In this document: positions 1 to 9,601 of the stretch, piece by piece
How positions within the stretch are numbered: position 1 is the first letter of the stretch
Layout: each line of letters begins with the position of its first letter
Source of the DNA: an uncultured Candidatus Poseidoniales archaeon
Lineage (GTDB): Archaea; Thermoplasmatota; Poseidoniia; Poseidoniales; Thalassarchaeaceae
Length of the DNA: 64,000 nucleotides
NCBI GenBank assembly: GCA_964647665.1
Contig: CAZYIX010000009.1
Coordinates: 860-64,859, forward strand
Reading direction: 5' to 3'
Made by a program: the position numbers and the translations under genes
The notes under the pieces: generated by a model
Database searches by the model: none
Seen by the model: only the letters and a program-made list of their open reading frames with translations
What the model was told of the DNA's origin: nothing

Positions 1-24
1 GACCATTCGGTTTCACGCTCTGAT

Positions 25-2229
25 GTGCGCAAGAAGTTCCTCAAGGTTCCCGGTGTACTTGCGGTGAGATTTGAGGATGCGAGCGTTCGCCTCCTCACCT
101 TACCATATCCAAGCCCGGTGATTCGCGATGAGTTGTCCTCCGGATTGACTCGGGTGGTAGGTCGCAGTCCTAACCTCCGTATTCTAGCCCAAGACCGCCT
201 CAATTCAGGACAGTGGCGCTTGGTCTTGACCATACCAGCAATAGTCATCCTGTTCGTAGTGATTCTGTTTGGAAACAAACTTCCCCAGTCTGCTCTATTC
301 TCTCTAACCGCTATGGCGGTTGGGCTTTCTGGATGGAAGATGTTCTCTGAAGCGATTGCTGGACTGCGAAACCGGCAGATGGTATTCCAATTGCTCACAT
401 CGTTGGCGGTTGCTGGTGCCTTCTTCGGTGGTCATTGGTCGGAGGCACTGACGGTGTGTATTCTAGTTGCAATCGCATCCCATATGGAAGATGCAGCACT
501 GCGTCGGGCGCGTGATGGAATGCAAGGTGGTCTTGACAGATTGCCTCGCCGAGCAAGGTTGGCATCTGCAGCTCAGGTTGTTGGTTCAATCAGCGTCACA
601 GACAGCCCATCTGCTTTCTCACTCAACTCAAACGCCCCCGGACACACTGATGATGATATGATTCCCATTGACTTGGTAAATATTGGTGACAAAGTAGAGA
701 TTCGCTCAGGAGAATTGGTTCCGATAGATGGATTGGTTGTCGAGGGTATTGGCAGCCTGAATCGCGCACCCCTTACCGGTGAGAGCATACCAATTCGAGT
801 CGATGAAGGTATGACGGTCCACGCCGGCTTGGTCCTTGACCGTGGACCGATAATCGTCGAGGTGACTGCGGTAAGTGAAGGCACGCGTTTGCATGGTTTG
901 ATAGAAGAGGTTCGTACTTTCCGAGAGAAACCTCCTAGAATGCAGAAGACAATTGAGGCATTCACCAATGTTTGGGTGCCTTTGGTGGTAGTGGGTGCTG
1001 TGCTTGCAGGCTTATTCTTCACTCCGGATGGCACCGGATTCAATCTTAGATTGATGCTTCTTCTTTGGGTGGTTGCTTGTCCTTGTGCTCTGTTGCTAGC
1101 CGCACCAGTTCCAAACGCTGCCGCTTTGTCTGTCGCCGCTAAAAGCGGCATCATCGCTCGCGGTGGCGATGCTCTAGATGCGGCTTCACGAATTGACCTC
1201 GCCTTGCTCGACAAGACAGGAACACTAACCAGTGGTCGGCCGAAACTAGATCAGATTACCACACAAGGTAGAATCGACCGCACCCGGTCGCTGCGTATTG
1301 CAGGTGGATTGGAGATTCGCTCCAATCATCCCTATGCATCGGTTATTCAGGCCCAACTCGAAGAGGAGGGTCTCAAGCCATCGCCCGTTACTGGAATTAC
1401 CGATGGGAGGGCTGGCGTGATTGGTAGCCTACGCGGTAAGACAGTTATGTTTGGCAGAGCGGATTGGCTGAAGGGGGAAGGTGTCAAAATTGATGCCGAA
1501 CTCAGTGATGCTTTAGCGGTGGCAGATACAGCAGGTAATGGTGCTTCACTACTTACTGTTGGAGGGCAAGCAATTGCCCTGTTCACATTCATTCACGATG
1601 ATTTGCGAGATGGCTCTGCCGAGATGGTACATGACCTGCGTAACCTCGGCATCGCAGTCGAATTGCTATCAGGTGATTCGCAAAGTGCTGTTGAGGACCT
1701 TGGCCGTCAAATCGGCGTTGCAGCAGATAATTGCAGAGGTGAGATTGACCCAGAGGGCAAGGCAATCTGGGTTGAACGTCGTAGTCAAGGCCGTCGAACA
1801 TTGATGGCTGGTGATGGATTCAACGATGCCGCTGCCCTAGCCGCTGCCGATGTTGGTATCGCAGTCGGTTCAGGCGAGCAAGTGAATTTGGAGGCTGCCG
1901 ATGTGCTGATTCCTGGCGAGGACCCACGTTCGATTACTACTCTACTCAAACTGTCTAGGCGCACGCGTACGGTCATACAAGCCAACATCCTCCTCTCAGT
2001 TATTGTGACATTGACTCTTGTTGTGTTGGTTCTTCTAGGTATTCAGACCGACCTCGCTGTTGGCGTCGCAATTCATGAAGCATCAGCCTTCCTTGTCATC
2101 TTGAATGGAGCATTCGTAGCCATCTCTGGCAACCGCTTTTCCTTGGTTGGTGAGGTGATGATGGATTTAGTACGCGACTATCGAGATGCCTTCCTCTTGC
2201 TATTCAGAAAGTCTTCGTCGTCTGTTTGA
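25..2229 (+). CDS. P1B-type heavy-metal translocating P-type ATPase
   Basis: Motifs read in the translation: CPC (ACPCALL) in a TM helix, DKTGTLT phosphorylation site, SNHPYA (HP motif), GDGFNDAAALAAADVGIAVG hinge; about 8 TM segments; GTG start right after an in-frame stop; N-terminal domain lacks a CxxC HMA motif. Confidence 0.85.
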   Translation: MRKKFLKVPGVLAVRFEDASVRLLTLPYPSPVIRDELSSGLTRVVGRSPNLRILAQDRLNSGQWRLVLTIPAIVILFVVILFGNKLPQSALFSLTAMAVGLSGWKMFSEAIAGLRNRQMVFQLLTSLAVAGAFFGGHWSEALTVCILVAIASHMEDAALRRARDGMQGGLDRLPRRARLASAAQVVGSISVTDSPSAFSLNSNAPGHTDDDMIPIDLVNIGDKVEIRSGELVPIDGLVVEGIGSLNRAPLTGESIPIRVDEGMTVHAGLVLDRGPIIVEVTAVSEGTRLHGLIEEVRTFREKPPRMQKTIEAFTNVWVPLVVVGAVLAGLFFTPDGTGFNLRLMLLLWVVACPCALLLAAPVPNAAALSVAAKSGIIARGGDALDAASRIDLALLDKTGTLTSGRPKLDQITTQGRIDRTRSLRIAGGLEIRSNHPYASVIQAQLEEEGLKPSPVTGITDGRAGVIGSLRGKTVMFGRADWLKGEGVKIDAELSDALAVADTAGNGASLLTVGGQAIALFTFIHDDLRDGSAEMVHDLRNLGIAVELLSGDSQSAVEDLGRQIGVAADNCRGEIDPEGKAIWVERRSQGRRTLMAGDGFNDAAALAAADVGIAVGSGEQVNLEAADVLIPGEDPRSITTLLKLSRRTRTVIQANILLSVIVTLTLVVLVLLGIQTDLAVGVAIHEASAFLVILNGAFVAISGNRFSLVGEVMMDLVRDYRDAFLLLFRKSSSSV

Positions 2230-2266
2230 TATATGCGTGCGTGGAAAGGAAGAGCGGGGCGGTTAG

Positions 2267-2740
2267 ATGAGCAAGATACGTGTCGATGCTCAGACTATGG
2301 CCATCGCTCATCCAACCCGCCGTGCGCTATACGAGGCACTGAGGGATTCAGAAGAGATGTCCACGGTAATGCTGCAGGAATCGACTGGTGTGACTCGTTA
2401 CCATCTTTACCACCATCTTCAGTCACTTGAGAGCAATGAATTGGTCGAGAACCATCGTAACCAAGGCCGTTCCAGATGGTGGCGGGTTACCACCCAAATC
2501 GATACACAGGCGGCAGCAGATGGCGAAGCACCTTCGACAGATATACCCGATGCTGCTAAGGAGTTGTTGAGGGGTGGGGCTGAGGCACATTTGATTCCGA
2601 TTCCTGCGACTGCCAGCGATCAAATCGGCGCTAAGAAGGCAGTCGAGGAGATTGCCACAGCATTTGGAGTAGAACTAGAATTACCTTTCACATTCATGCC
2701 CAATGGTATTCTCATTATTGGGCCACCACGACGTAGTTGA
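2267..2740 (+). CDS. ArsR/SmtB-family winged-helix transcriptional regulator
   Basis: N-terminal 'HPTRRALYEALRD...VMLQESTGVTRYHLYHHLQSLE' matches the ArsR HTH signature; lies directly downstream of the metal ATPase. Confidence 0.7.
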   Translation: MSKIRVDAQTMAIAHPTRRALYEALRDSEEMSTVMLQESTGVTRYHLYHHLQSLESNELVENHRNQGRSRWWRVTTQIDTQAAADGEAPSTDIPDAAKELLRGGAEAHLIPIPATASDQIGAKKAVEEIATAFGVELELPFTFMPNGILIIGPPRRS

Positions 2741-2753
2741 ACGGGGTGCTGAA

Positions 2754-3173
2754 ATGACAGAACAGAACATATCTGCTGCTGAAGATGACCCAATAGAAGT
2801 AGAATCTCGCCACGCTCCTCCTACAGTTCACTGTCCGAATTGTAATAGCATGATGCCACATAAATTGGGTGAAATCAGTTGTGCTATTTGTTCCTCTGTA
2901 GTGAGGGTGGACCACAAACCTACGAGGCGCAATTGGGTTGGCGAGAAGGTACCCTGCCCATCTTGTTCGGAAATTCTCATTGCTGGAATCGATGAAAGGC
3001 CCTGCGGACTCAAGTGCTCATCTTGTTCTACCATTTTCAAAATGGTTTCCAAGCAGGTGAAGGTAGAGGTATCTTGTCCCTCTTGTGAGCGTACACTACG
3101 TCTCAAGCCGAGGCCAGGTTCTCGCAACCTGACTTGCCCGGCTTGTGACGAGACATTCCTAGTCACTTTCTGA
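2754..3173 (+). CDS. multi-zinc-ribbon protein with four CxxC...CxxC pairs
   Basis: CPNC..CAIC, CPSC..(Cx3C), CSSC..CPSC, CPAC pairs at regular spacing; ATG at 2754 chosen to avoid overlap with the ArsR gene (ORF track starts at 2703). Confidence 0.55.
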   Translation: MTEQNISAAEDDPIEVESRHAPPTVHCPNCNSMMPHKLGEISCAICSSVVRVDHKPTRRNWVGEKVPCPSCSEILIAGIDERPCGLKCSSCSTIFKMVSKQVKVEVSCPSCERTLRLKPRPGSRNLTCPACDETFLVTF

Positions 3174-3176
3174 GCA

Positions 3177-4088
3177 TTGGGTCGGGGTAGGGTTGAAGCA
3201 GTGTCGCCACCGGCGGTGAAATTGATGAGGACCACTCTCAACTTGATGGGAATTGCTGATTGGATTACTCTAGGCAACGGTCTGCTAGGTGCAATCTCAG
3301 TTTTGTTCTTGATTCTGGCCTTTGATGGATTTGCATACGACAAGAACTCGTACGAGGAAGTCTACATCTGGCTGGCAATGGTTTTCATTCTCCTATCCAC
3401 AGTAGGTGACATCATCGATGGACCAATTGCCCGTAGGTACTCCAAGCGCCGTCATCTCGGCTCATATCTTGACCTGATGTCCGATTCCCTCTCATTTGGA
3501 ACCGCACCCGCTTTGTTGGTCTTCTCGATGTTCAGCAGAATGGGTCAAGCAACTCCTTGGTGGACCCTTCTTCTTGCAGGGGGTTGCTGTTGGATTGTCA
3601 TCTGCACGATGCTTCGATTGGCTCGCTTCCAGCATGAGCACGGGGATTATCCTTGGTTCAATGGTCTTGCAAGCCCCGGAAGTGCGGTAATCTTAGTCAC
3701 GCTGTGCGCTCTAATTTGGGTTCAGCCCGCAACCTCGTGGGGACCTGATGCTATCGAATGGACTCTCGGCTCTGGCGAACACCCAGCGTTGGATTGGCTC
3801 GTATTGCCAGCCACCCTGATGTGCGGCTATCTGATGATTGCAGATAGAAGGCTGCCGAAGGCGGGGGGTAGGACCATGTTGCGGTTGACAGCGTTGGTAA
3901 TCGCAGCATTGCTTTGCGGCATCTCGATGCAAATATTTTCTAGTTCCGGAGATGGCTCAGCCGATGCCTCATTCATTCTATTCGCCTTCTCACTAGTGCT
4001 ATGTATGGCTTACATTACTCTTGGACCTCGCGTTGTCGCCTCACAACAGACATCAGATGAGACTATTTCTACATCCGCTGAGGAGTAA
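3177..4088 (+). CDS. CDP-alcohol phosphatidyltransferase family membrane protein (archaeal polar-lipid headgroup transferase)
   Basis: 'DIIDGPIARRYSKRRHLGSYLDLMSD' fits the family motif D-G-x2-A-R-x8-G-x3-D-x3-D; multiple TM helices; start is 4 nt after the stop of the zinc-ribbon gene (possible coupling); alternative ATG near 3228. Confidence 0.7.
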   Translation: MGRGRVEAVSPPAVKLMRTTLNLMGIADWITLGNGLLGAISVLFLILAFDGFAYDKNSYEEVYIWLAMVFILLSTVGDIIDGPIARRYSKRRHLGSYLDLMSDSLSFGTAPALLVFSMFSRMGQATPWWTLLLAGGCCWIVICTMLRLARFQHEHGDYPWFNGLASPGSAVILVTLCALIWVQPATSWGPDAIEWTLGSGEHPALDWLVLPATLMCGYLMIADRRLPKAGGRTMLRLTALVIAALLCGISMQIFSSSGDGSADASFILFAFSLVLCMAYITLGPRVVASQQTSDETISTSAEE

Positions 4089-4220
4089 AAACTGCATAGA
4101 ATAAACTGAATATTCTGTAGCAATCCGGCTACAGGTGCAGGGTCGGAAAATATTACTCACGCACGAGTTCACACCCCCCCCACTTATCTATCATGAAAAG
4201 TGGAAGGCCGTATACAGGGG

Positions 4221-6920
4221 ATGGGACCCTTGAGCGAAAGTCGAGAGAAGTTACAGAGTGTTAGAGAGAGGTTTACGACCTCGGGAGGAGGGGATGCCCC
4301 CTCTCTACGAGAAGTACGCGCAGCGGTAGCTGAGCAAGTTTCCCCATCTCTTGAAACCGCTCAAGACCTCGATGACAGACTGAAGGAGGAGAGGCGACTC
4401 AGAACTTCACTGAAGCGTGAGCGTCGCCTTCGATTGCAGGCGCAGTCTGAGCGTCTCGCTGGAATGAAAGGAGCACTTTCAAAGGCTGTTGAATTGCAGA
4501 CTGAAGGAGCGCTCGCGGAGATTGAGTCCGAACTTCGTTCGGTCATGGAGGATGAATTGGCCAATCTAGAGCGCGGCGCACTTGAGAGAGAGGAAGCAGT
4601 TCTCCGCGAGGAGATGAAACTCAGACTCACTCGAGAGGAGAAAGCCATCCGCAGTCAGTTAGAGTTGGAGCAGGAACGACGGCTAGAAGCCCGACGTGAC
4701 CAACTTCGAAATCAATTGAAGGAGGAGATGGACTCGGAATTCGACCGTCGTCGCGCCTTCCTTGAGGAGCGCCTTGAAATTGAGGCCAGCCAAGAAATGC
4801 AGCAGCAAATTCGACAGATTGAGGACGAATTGAAATCTGAGATGACAGACCGACTTGAGGAGGAGGAGTCTTCTCAGTCCAGACGCATTGAGGATGCACA
4901 ACAGGCCCGACTGGCTGAGCGTGAGGTTCAGTTGCGAGATGGCATTCGTCGTAGAATTGAGCAGCAGTTCCGTCAGCGTCTACGCGAGCGCGAGGCGCGC
5001 CTACGCGCAGAATACGAGCGTCGGGCACATCGACTTGAGGAAGAAATAGCACAGGAACTTCACAGTGAACTTGAATCCAGAATTGGCACTGAAACTGAGC
5101 GCTTGGAGAAGAGTATGCAAGAGGACCTTGAACTAGCGGTATCCAAGCGACGAGAGGAGTTGCAAGCTGCTATCCTCAAGGGTATGGAGGCAGACTACGG
5201 CGAGCGCCTATCGATGAGGAAACAGCGACTCAAGGATCGCTACGATGTATCATTCTCTCATTCAATTGACGAGATAGAGCGAGCATTACAGGTTGAACTC
5301 GAAGCAGGCGTTGCTGAGAGAGTTGAAGCTGAATTTGAGCAATACAAGCGCGAGCGTGAGGCCGACATAGGTCAATCCCTAGCGCAGTTCCGTCACGACC
5401 GCGAGAACGAACTAAGAGAAAAACTCACAGAACACTATGGTGAGAAGAAAGATTCCTGGGTCTCTCAGATTGAGGCTGAATACTCCGCTCGTCAGCAGGC
5501 TGCCGAGCGCCAAATAATGGCCGAAATCGACGCACGCATCCGCAATGAGCGTATCGGTCAAGAGACTAATCTCGATCTCATCAAGCAGGAAGTAGCCCTT
5601 GACCTTGAAGTCAATATGGAGGCAGATCTTGCGGCATTCCGCGCAGAGAAGGAGCGCGAGGTATCCGAACAACTTGAGCGACAGGTCGCAAAGCGCGAGG
5701 AGATAATGCGCAACAAGGCTCTCATCGAAGTTCGCCGAAAGGAGGCAGAGATTCGTGCTGAAATTGAGGCACAACTCGCCATCAAGCGAGCTGAGATACG
5801 CGAGCGTCTCGCTCAACTCGACGCACGGGCAGAAGAATTCCGCACTGCTGCTGAGGAGAAACTCAGGACTGAACTTGAGAAGGGACTGATTACTGAAGAG
5901 GATCTTGAAGCCGAAGCAAGACTGCAAGCGGTTGAAGAATCAGCTGAACTTGAAGAAAAGGACACTCGCATGGGTCGCCGACAGGCATGGATGGATGCTC
6001 TCGGCGGTGCTCAAGGACAGATGCCAGGCTCCGCCGCAGGTGCTCAGCCAGCGCTTGGTGGTCTTGGTACACCCAGAACCGGCCTTGGAGCACCACGAAC
6101 GGCTCCGGCCCCAGCAGAAGATGACGGGAAACGAACTCTCGCAGCTCCAGTTCACGCTCCGGTCGGTCAACAGACTGGAGGGCTTGGAGCAACTCGCACC
6201 CCACCAGCAGGTGGACTCGGCCGCAGACCAGCAGCAGGTGGTCTGCAGCCGGTTCGAGCACCGATATCTCACCCGCAGCCTACTACTCCCAAACCGGAAC
6301 CTGTGCCTGAACCGGAGGTTGCAATTCCAGCAGAACCCGAAGCGGCACCAGAACCCGAAGCGGCACCTGAGCCCGAAGTTGTAGAGCCTGAAGCGGCACC
6401 TGAGCCGGAAGTTGTGGAGCCCGAAGTCGAGGAACTTGTCGAGGAGCCCGTCGAGATTGACGAGTTTGAGGATGAAGACGAGGATGAAATAACCGACGAA
6501 GATAAACCCGTTGAGGTTAGTTCATCAATATCTGATGCAGTCATGGAAACTTTGGCTGCTGAAGTCACTGAGGATGAGTCCACTGAGTCCAAACCTGCAC
6601 GCGGACCGCCCGGAGGTGGTCGTCTAGTCAGGGACGTGGCTCCCGGACAACGCCCAGCATCTGGACCACCAGTACGAGGGCCACCTGGGGTCGAGCCAGA
6701 ACCTTCGATAGAGGAGCAAGAAGAGGACCGACCCGTTCTAACTCCAATAAACCGACCAATCATGAAGCCAATTGAATCCAGAACTGTACTCGAACCAGTG
6801 TCGCCTACACGCTCTGTGCTGTCTCCTGTCGATGAGGATGAATCAGATGAAAACGCAATACTAAAGCCGGTTGAGCGCTCAATTCTCAAGCCAGCAGAAT
6901 CCTCTGACGAAGAAGAGTAA
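4221..6920 (+). CDS. large charged coiled-coil / single-alpha-helix (ER/K-rich) protein with PEVK-like PEPE repeats and a proline/glycine-rich C-terminal region
   Basis: About 600 aa of uninterrupted E/R/K/Q/L helix-former sequence (e.g. EQERRLEARRDQLRNQLKEEMD), then PEPEAAPEPEAAPEPEVVEPE repeats and a GPPGGG/ILKP region; ends SDEEE; no TM helix and no enzymatic motif; ATG at 4221 (GTG at 4200 possible). Confidence 0.6.
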   Translation: MGPLSESREKLQSVRERFTTSGGGDAPSLREVRAAVAEQVSPSLETAQDLDDRLKEERRLRTSLKRERRLRLQAQSERLAGMKGALSKAVELQTEGALAEIESELRSVMEDELANLERGALEREEAVLREEMKLRLTREEKAIRSQLELEQERRLEARRDQLRNQLKEEMDSEFDRRRAFLEERLEIEASQEMQQQIRQIEDELKSEMTDRLEEEESSQSRRIEDAQQARLAEREVQLRDGIRRRIEQQFRQRLREREARLRAEYERRAHRLEEEIAQELHSELESRIGTETERLEKSMQEDLELAVSKRREELQAAILKGMEADYGERLSMRKQRLKDRYDVSFSHSIDEIERALQVELEAGVAERVEAEFEQYKREREADIGQSLAQFRHDRENELREKLTEHYGEKKDSWVSQIEAEYSARQQAAERQIMAEIDARIRNERIGQETNLDLIKQEVALDLEVNMEADLAAFRAEKEREVSEQLERQVAKREEIMRNKALIEVRRKEAEIRAEIEAQLAIKRAEIRERLAQLDARAEEFRTAAEEKLRTELEKGLITEEDLEAEARLQAVEESAELEEKDTRMGRRQAWMDALGGAQGQMPGSAAGAQPALGGLGTPRTGLGAPRTAPAPAEDDGKRTLAAPVHAPVGQQTGGLGATRTPPAGGLGRRPAAGGLQPVRAPISHPQPTTPKPEPVPEPEVAIPAEPEAAPEPEAAPEPEVVEPEAAPEPEVVEPEVEELVEEPVEIDEFEDEDEDEITDEDKPVEVSSSISDAVMETLAAEVTEDESTESKPARGPPGGGRLVRDVAPGQRPASGPPVRGPPGVEPEPSIEEQEEDRPVLTPINRPIMKPIESRTVLEPVSPTRSVLSPVDEDESDENAILKPVERSILKPAESSDEEE
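6333..6430 (+). repeat. imperfect 18-bp tandem repeats (gaacccgaagcggcacc-like) encoding the PEPEAA/PEPEVV repeat inside the coiled-coil gene
   Basis: Read directly: gaacccgaagcggcacca / gaacccgaagcggcacct / gagcccgaagttgtagagcct / gaagcggcacctgagccggaagttgtggagccc. Confidence 0.7.
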
Positions 6921-7006
6921 AATTGCTTACAGCACCCCCTTATAGGGTGCTTTTTGTGCTAATTTCGGTTAATCGTGCATACGCTCCTTTCAAAACAGTG
7001 GCCTCA

Positions 7007-9583
7007 ATGGGGTTGTCCATGCTCGCTCGCTCGTTGTCCATTCTCAGCCTATTCCTATTCGCTATTTTGCTTCCACTTGCACCAGTTGCTTCAGCCGAAT
7101 TAGATGAACTCGGTACGGCCGGAGTTGTAGACGAAATGCCCGGCCGTGCGTTGGATTGGTGGGTCTTGTCGAATGGCGATATCCTCTATGCCAATGCCAG
7201 TGCGATTGTAAGCGTGTGGAACTCAAGTTGGGGTGGTTATACTGAGATAATTACAATCGATGCAGATGTTCCTTCTGCGTCTGTTGCGGCTTACGACCCC
7301 GTTGCAAATGTTGTAGCATTGGGTCATGACAACGGAGTCGAGGTTGTTTCGTTGGATTATGAAGACGTCCTGTATTCAATTAATTCTGGCACCGGTGGCA
7401 GCGTCGAAGCATTAGTTTTTGATGCTGAAGGTGACATTTGGATAACCCAGCGCAATTTCAAGTCCTCATCAGAATGGACCTTGAGTTCAGCAACAGGTGC
7501 CGAGACATCACCTCATGGTAACCTGATTACTGGAGTGGCTATAACCGATAGTGGCCAGATTGCCACCAGTGGTCGCGATAAGGATGTGCGAATTCACGAA
7601 CTGGATGGCTCGCACAATCAGACATTAACCAATTCACAGTATCCTATTGTTGGCCTTGCTACCAACGCCGATGGCAGTATTCTGTACAGCATGACAGACA
7701 ACTGCAAGTTGTTGATGCATAATACATCTGATTGGTTATATCTTGGCACTATCACTATGTGTTCGAGTGGAATGGTCCGCTCGTTTGACCTAATTGACGA
7801 CAAACGCCTGATGGTCGGCACGGTTGCAGGCCGCGCCTTCTCCATTGAACTCGCTACTCACACCCTCAGTCAGCAATATTTCGATGTAACTGGAGAGGTA
7901 GTTGGTTTCATTCCATCAAATGGAGACGGTGTTCTCGTCCTGACTGCCTTCGACTCAATTTCTTACATCAGTCTTCTCGATATCGATAGCGATGACGATG
8001 GTACTGTGGATGGATTAGACGCATTCCCCAATGATTCAACTCAACACACCGACACAGATGGTGACGGTTATGGAGACAATATGAACGGCAACAATAGTGA
8101 TGCATTCCCAAGTGATTCAACTCAATGGCTTGATTCCGATGGCGATGGCCGTGGGGATAATCTAACAGGAAACAACGCAGATGCATTCCCGTTCAATTCT
8201 GACCAATACGCAGACAGCGATGGGGATGGTTACGGTGACTACCCGCATGGGCAAGATGGCGACCAGTTCCCCTCAGACCCCACACAGTGGGTTGACAGCG
8301 ATTGGGATGGATACGGCGACAATCAAGACCCAGGCGCCACTGATTCTGATGCCTGTCCGAATCAAGGTGGTGACTCCACAGAGGATAGGCTTGGATGCCA
8401 AGACACGGATGGTGATGGATGGTCTGATCCCGGTAACGGTGAAGACGCTCATCCATCTGGTAATGCCGACGCCTTCCCCAATGAGGCGACACAATGGCGA
8501 GACACTGATGGCGATGGCTTTGGTGACAACATTAGCGGCTATCGCGGAGATGCGTGTGCTGCACTGCCTGGAGTCAGTACTAGGGCCGTATTGTATGATG
8601 CAGTTGAAGGCCGCTATTCATGGATTTACAGATATGGCTGTGTTGACAGCGATGGTGATGGATATGATGACACCACCGAGTCATCCTATGGACAATGCAC
8701 CTTTGTCGGTAATAGCACTGAGTGGATTGACCATGACCGCGATTGTGTAGGCTCAAATACTGATTACAACGATACTGACCCCTCTGTGAAGACACTTGAG
8801 GACCACTGTGCGATTCTCCTCAATCAAAATCAATCTGCTTGCTCATATCTACGCGAGGGCAATGTCGACGGGAATACTTCAGAGGTCGATGGTTCTGGTG
8901 ACGAGCAACAGGTGCAAAGTGCGTTGGATGCAGCCAAGGAGTTCGCGCTTATTGCTGTTGGAATGATTGTTGTAATTGGCGCCGCATTGTTGCTTCTTGT
9001 AGGAGTGATGAGACTGATTGGCAAGGCATCGAAGAGCCGTAAGCCAGATGCCCAATACACCCACCAAGATGCGACGAAGGAATTGGATGCATGGGAAACT
9101 GGTGAGAAGTTTAAGTCCCGTGGTGGCGTAGTCGATCAAAAGGGTTGGGAAGACGAACCATTGGCTGAACAGGAATCGGTTGAAGATGACGATGAGGTGG
9201 TTGATTCCGATGAAGAGATGCCGATAGAGGCAGTTGACCCCGATTACGGGGCTGGCGAGGATATCGACGAGATGGCCGGTACCACAGAGGTCGCCGAGAT
9301 ACATGTGCTCGGTGAAGAAACAATGACCGTTGCCGAACTAAAGGACGCATTGAAGGCGAGAGGTCTGAAGGTCAGTGGGAATAAGGCTGAACTCATTGAG
9401 AGGCTCAATTCCGATTCGCAGCCTGTAGCAGAGGCTGCAGCACCGCCCTCTCCGCAACCAGAGGCCCAGACCGCTCCATCAGAAGCTCCACCACTGCCAC
9501 CGGGTGGATTGCCTGAAGGTTGGACAATGGATCAGTGGCGCTGGTATGGTCATCAGTGGCTTGAGCGCAACGCTGACTCCTGA
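7007..9583 (+). CDS. secreted/type-I membrane surface protein: signal peptide, beta-propeller-like region, about 9 thrombospondin-type-3-like Ca-binding repeats, Cys-rich region, single TM, acidic cytoplasmic tail with SAP/HeH motif
   Basis: N-terminal 'MGLSMLARSLSILSLFLFAILLPLAPVASA' signal peptide; repeats DTDGDGYGDN / DSDGDGRGDN / DSDGDGYGDY / DSDWDGYGDN / DTDGDGWSD / DTDGDGFGDN / DSDGDGYDD; TM 'FALIAVGMIVVIGAALLLLVGVM'; tail 'MTVAELKDALKARGLKVSGNKAELIERLNSD' matches the SAP motif. Confidence 0.7.
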   Translation: MGLSMLARSLSILSLFLFAILLPLAPVASAELDELGTAGVVDEMPGRALDWWVLSNGDILYANASAIVSVWNSSWGGYTEIITIDADVPSASVAAYDPVANVVALGHDNGVEVVSLDYEDVLYSINSGTGGSVEALVFDAEGDIWITQRNFKSSSEWTLSSATGAETSPHGNLITGVAITDSGQIATSGRDKDVRIHELDGSHNQTLTNSQYPIVGLATNADGSILYSMTDNCKLLMHNTSDWLYLGTITMCSSGMVRSFDLIDDKRLMVGTVAGRAFSIELATHTLSQQYFDVTGEVVGFIPSNGDGVLVLTAFDSISYISLLDIDSDDDGTVDGLDAFPNDSTQHTDTDGDGYGDNMNGNNSDAFPSDSTQWLDSDGDGRGDNLTGNNADAFPFNSDQYADSDGDGYGDYPHGQDGDQFPSDPTQWVDSDWDGYGDNQDPGATDSDACPNQGGDSTEDRLGCQDTDGDGWSDPGNGEDAHPSGNADAFPNEATQWRDTDGDGFGDNISGYRGDACAALPGVSTRAVLYDAVEGRYSWIYRYGCVDSDGDGYDDTTESSYGQCTFVGNSTEWIDHDRDCVGSNTDYNDTDPSVKTLEDHCAILLNQNQSACSYLREGNVDGNTSEVDGSGDEQQVQSALDAAKEFALIAVGMIVVIGAALLLLVGVMRLIGKASKSRKPDAQYTHQDATKELDAWETGEKFKSRGGVVDQKGWEDEPLAEQESVEDDDEVVDSDEEMPIEAVDPDYGAGEDIDEMAGTTEVAEIHVLGEETMTVAELKDALKARGLKVSGNKAELIERLNSDSQPVAEAAAPPSPQPEAQTAPSEAPPLPPGGLPEGWTMDQWRWYGHQWLERNADS

Positions 9584-9601
9584 GAATAGAGTAAGAAATA
9601 C

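Noticed and set aside
573-1214. Long antisense ORFs inside well-supported genes (e.g. 573-1214, 5412-5927, 6269-6889, 12920-13600, 35908-36429, 36551-37030).
   Set aside because: They lie opposite or out of frame to genes with strong family motifs, have odd composition (Ser/Arg/Cys-rich) and no motifs. They are typical shadow ORFs in GC-skewed or repetitive coding DNA.
7990-8560. Periodic DNA repeats that could be mistaken for a CRISPR-like array.
   Set aside because: The periodicity is the coding repeat of the DxDxDG (TSP3-like) protein motif inside one continuous ORF. Units are degenerate, there are no spacers, and there is no leader or cas context.
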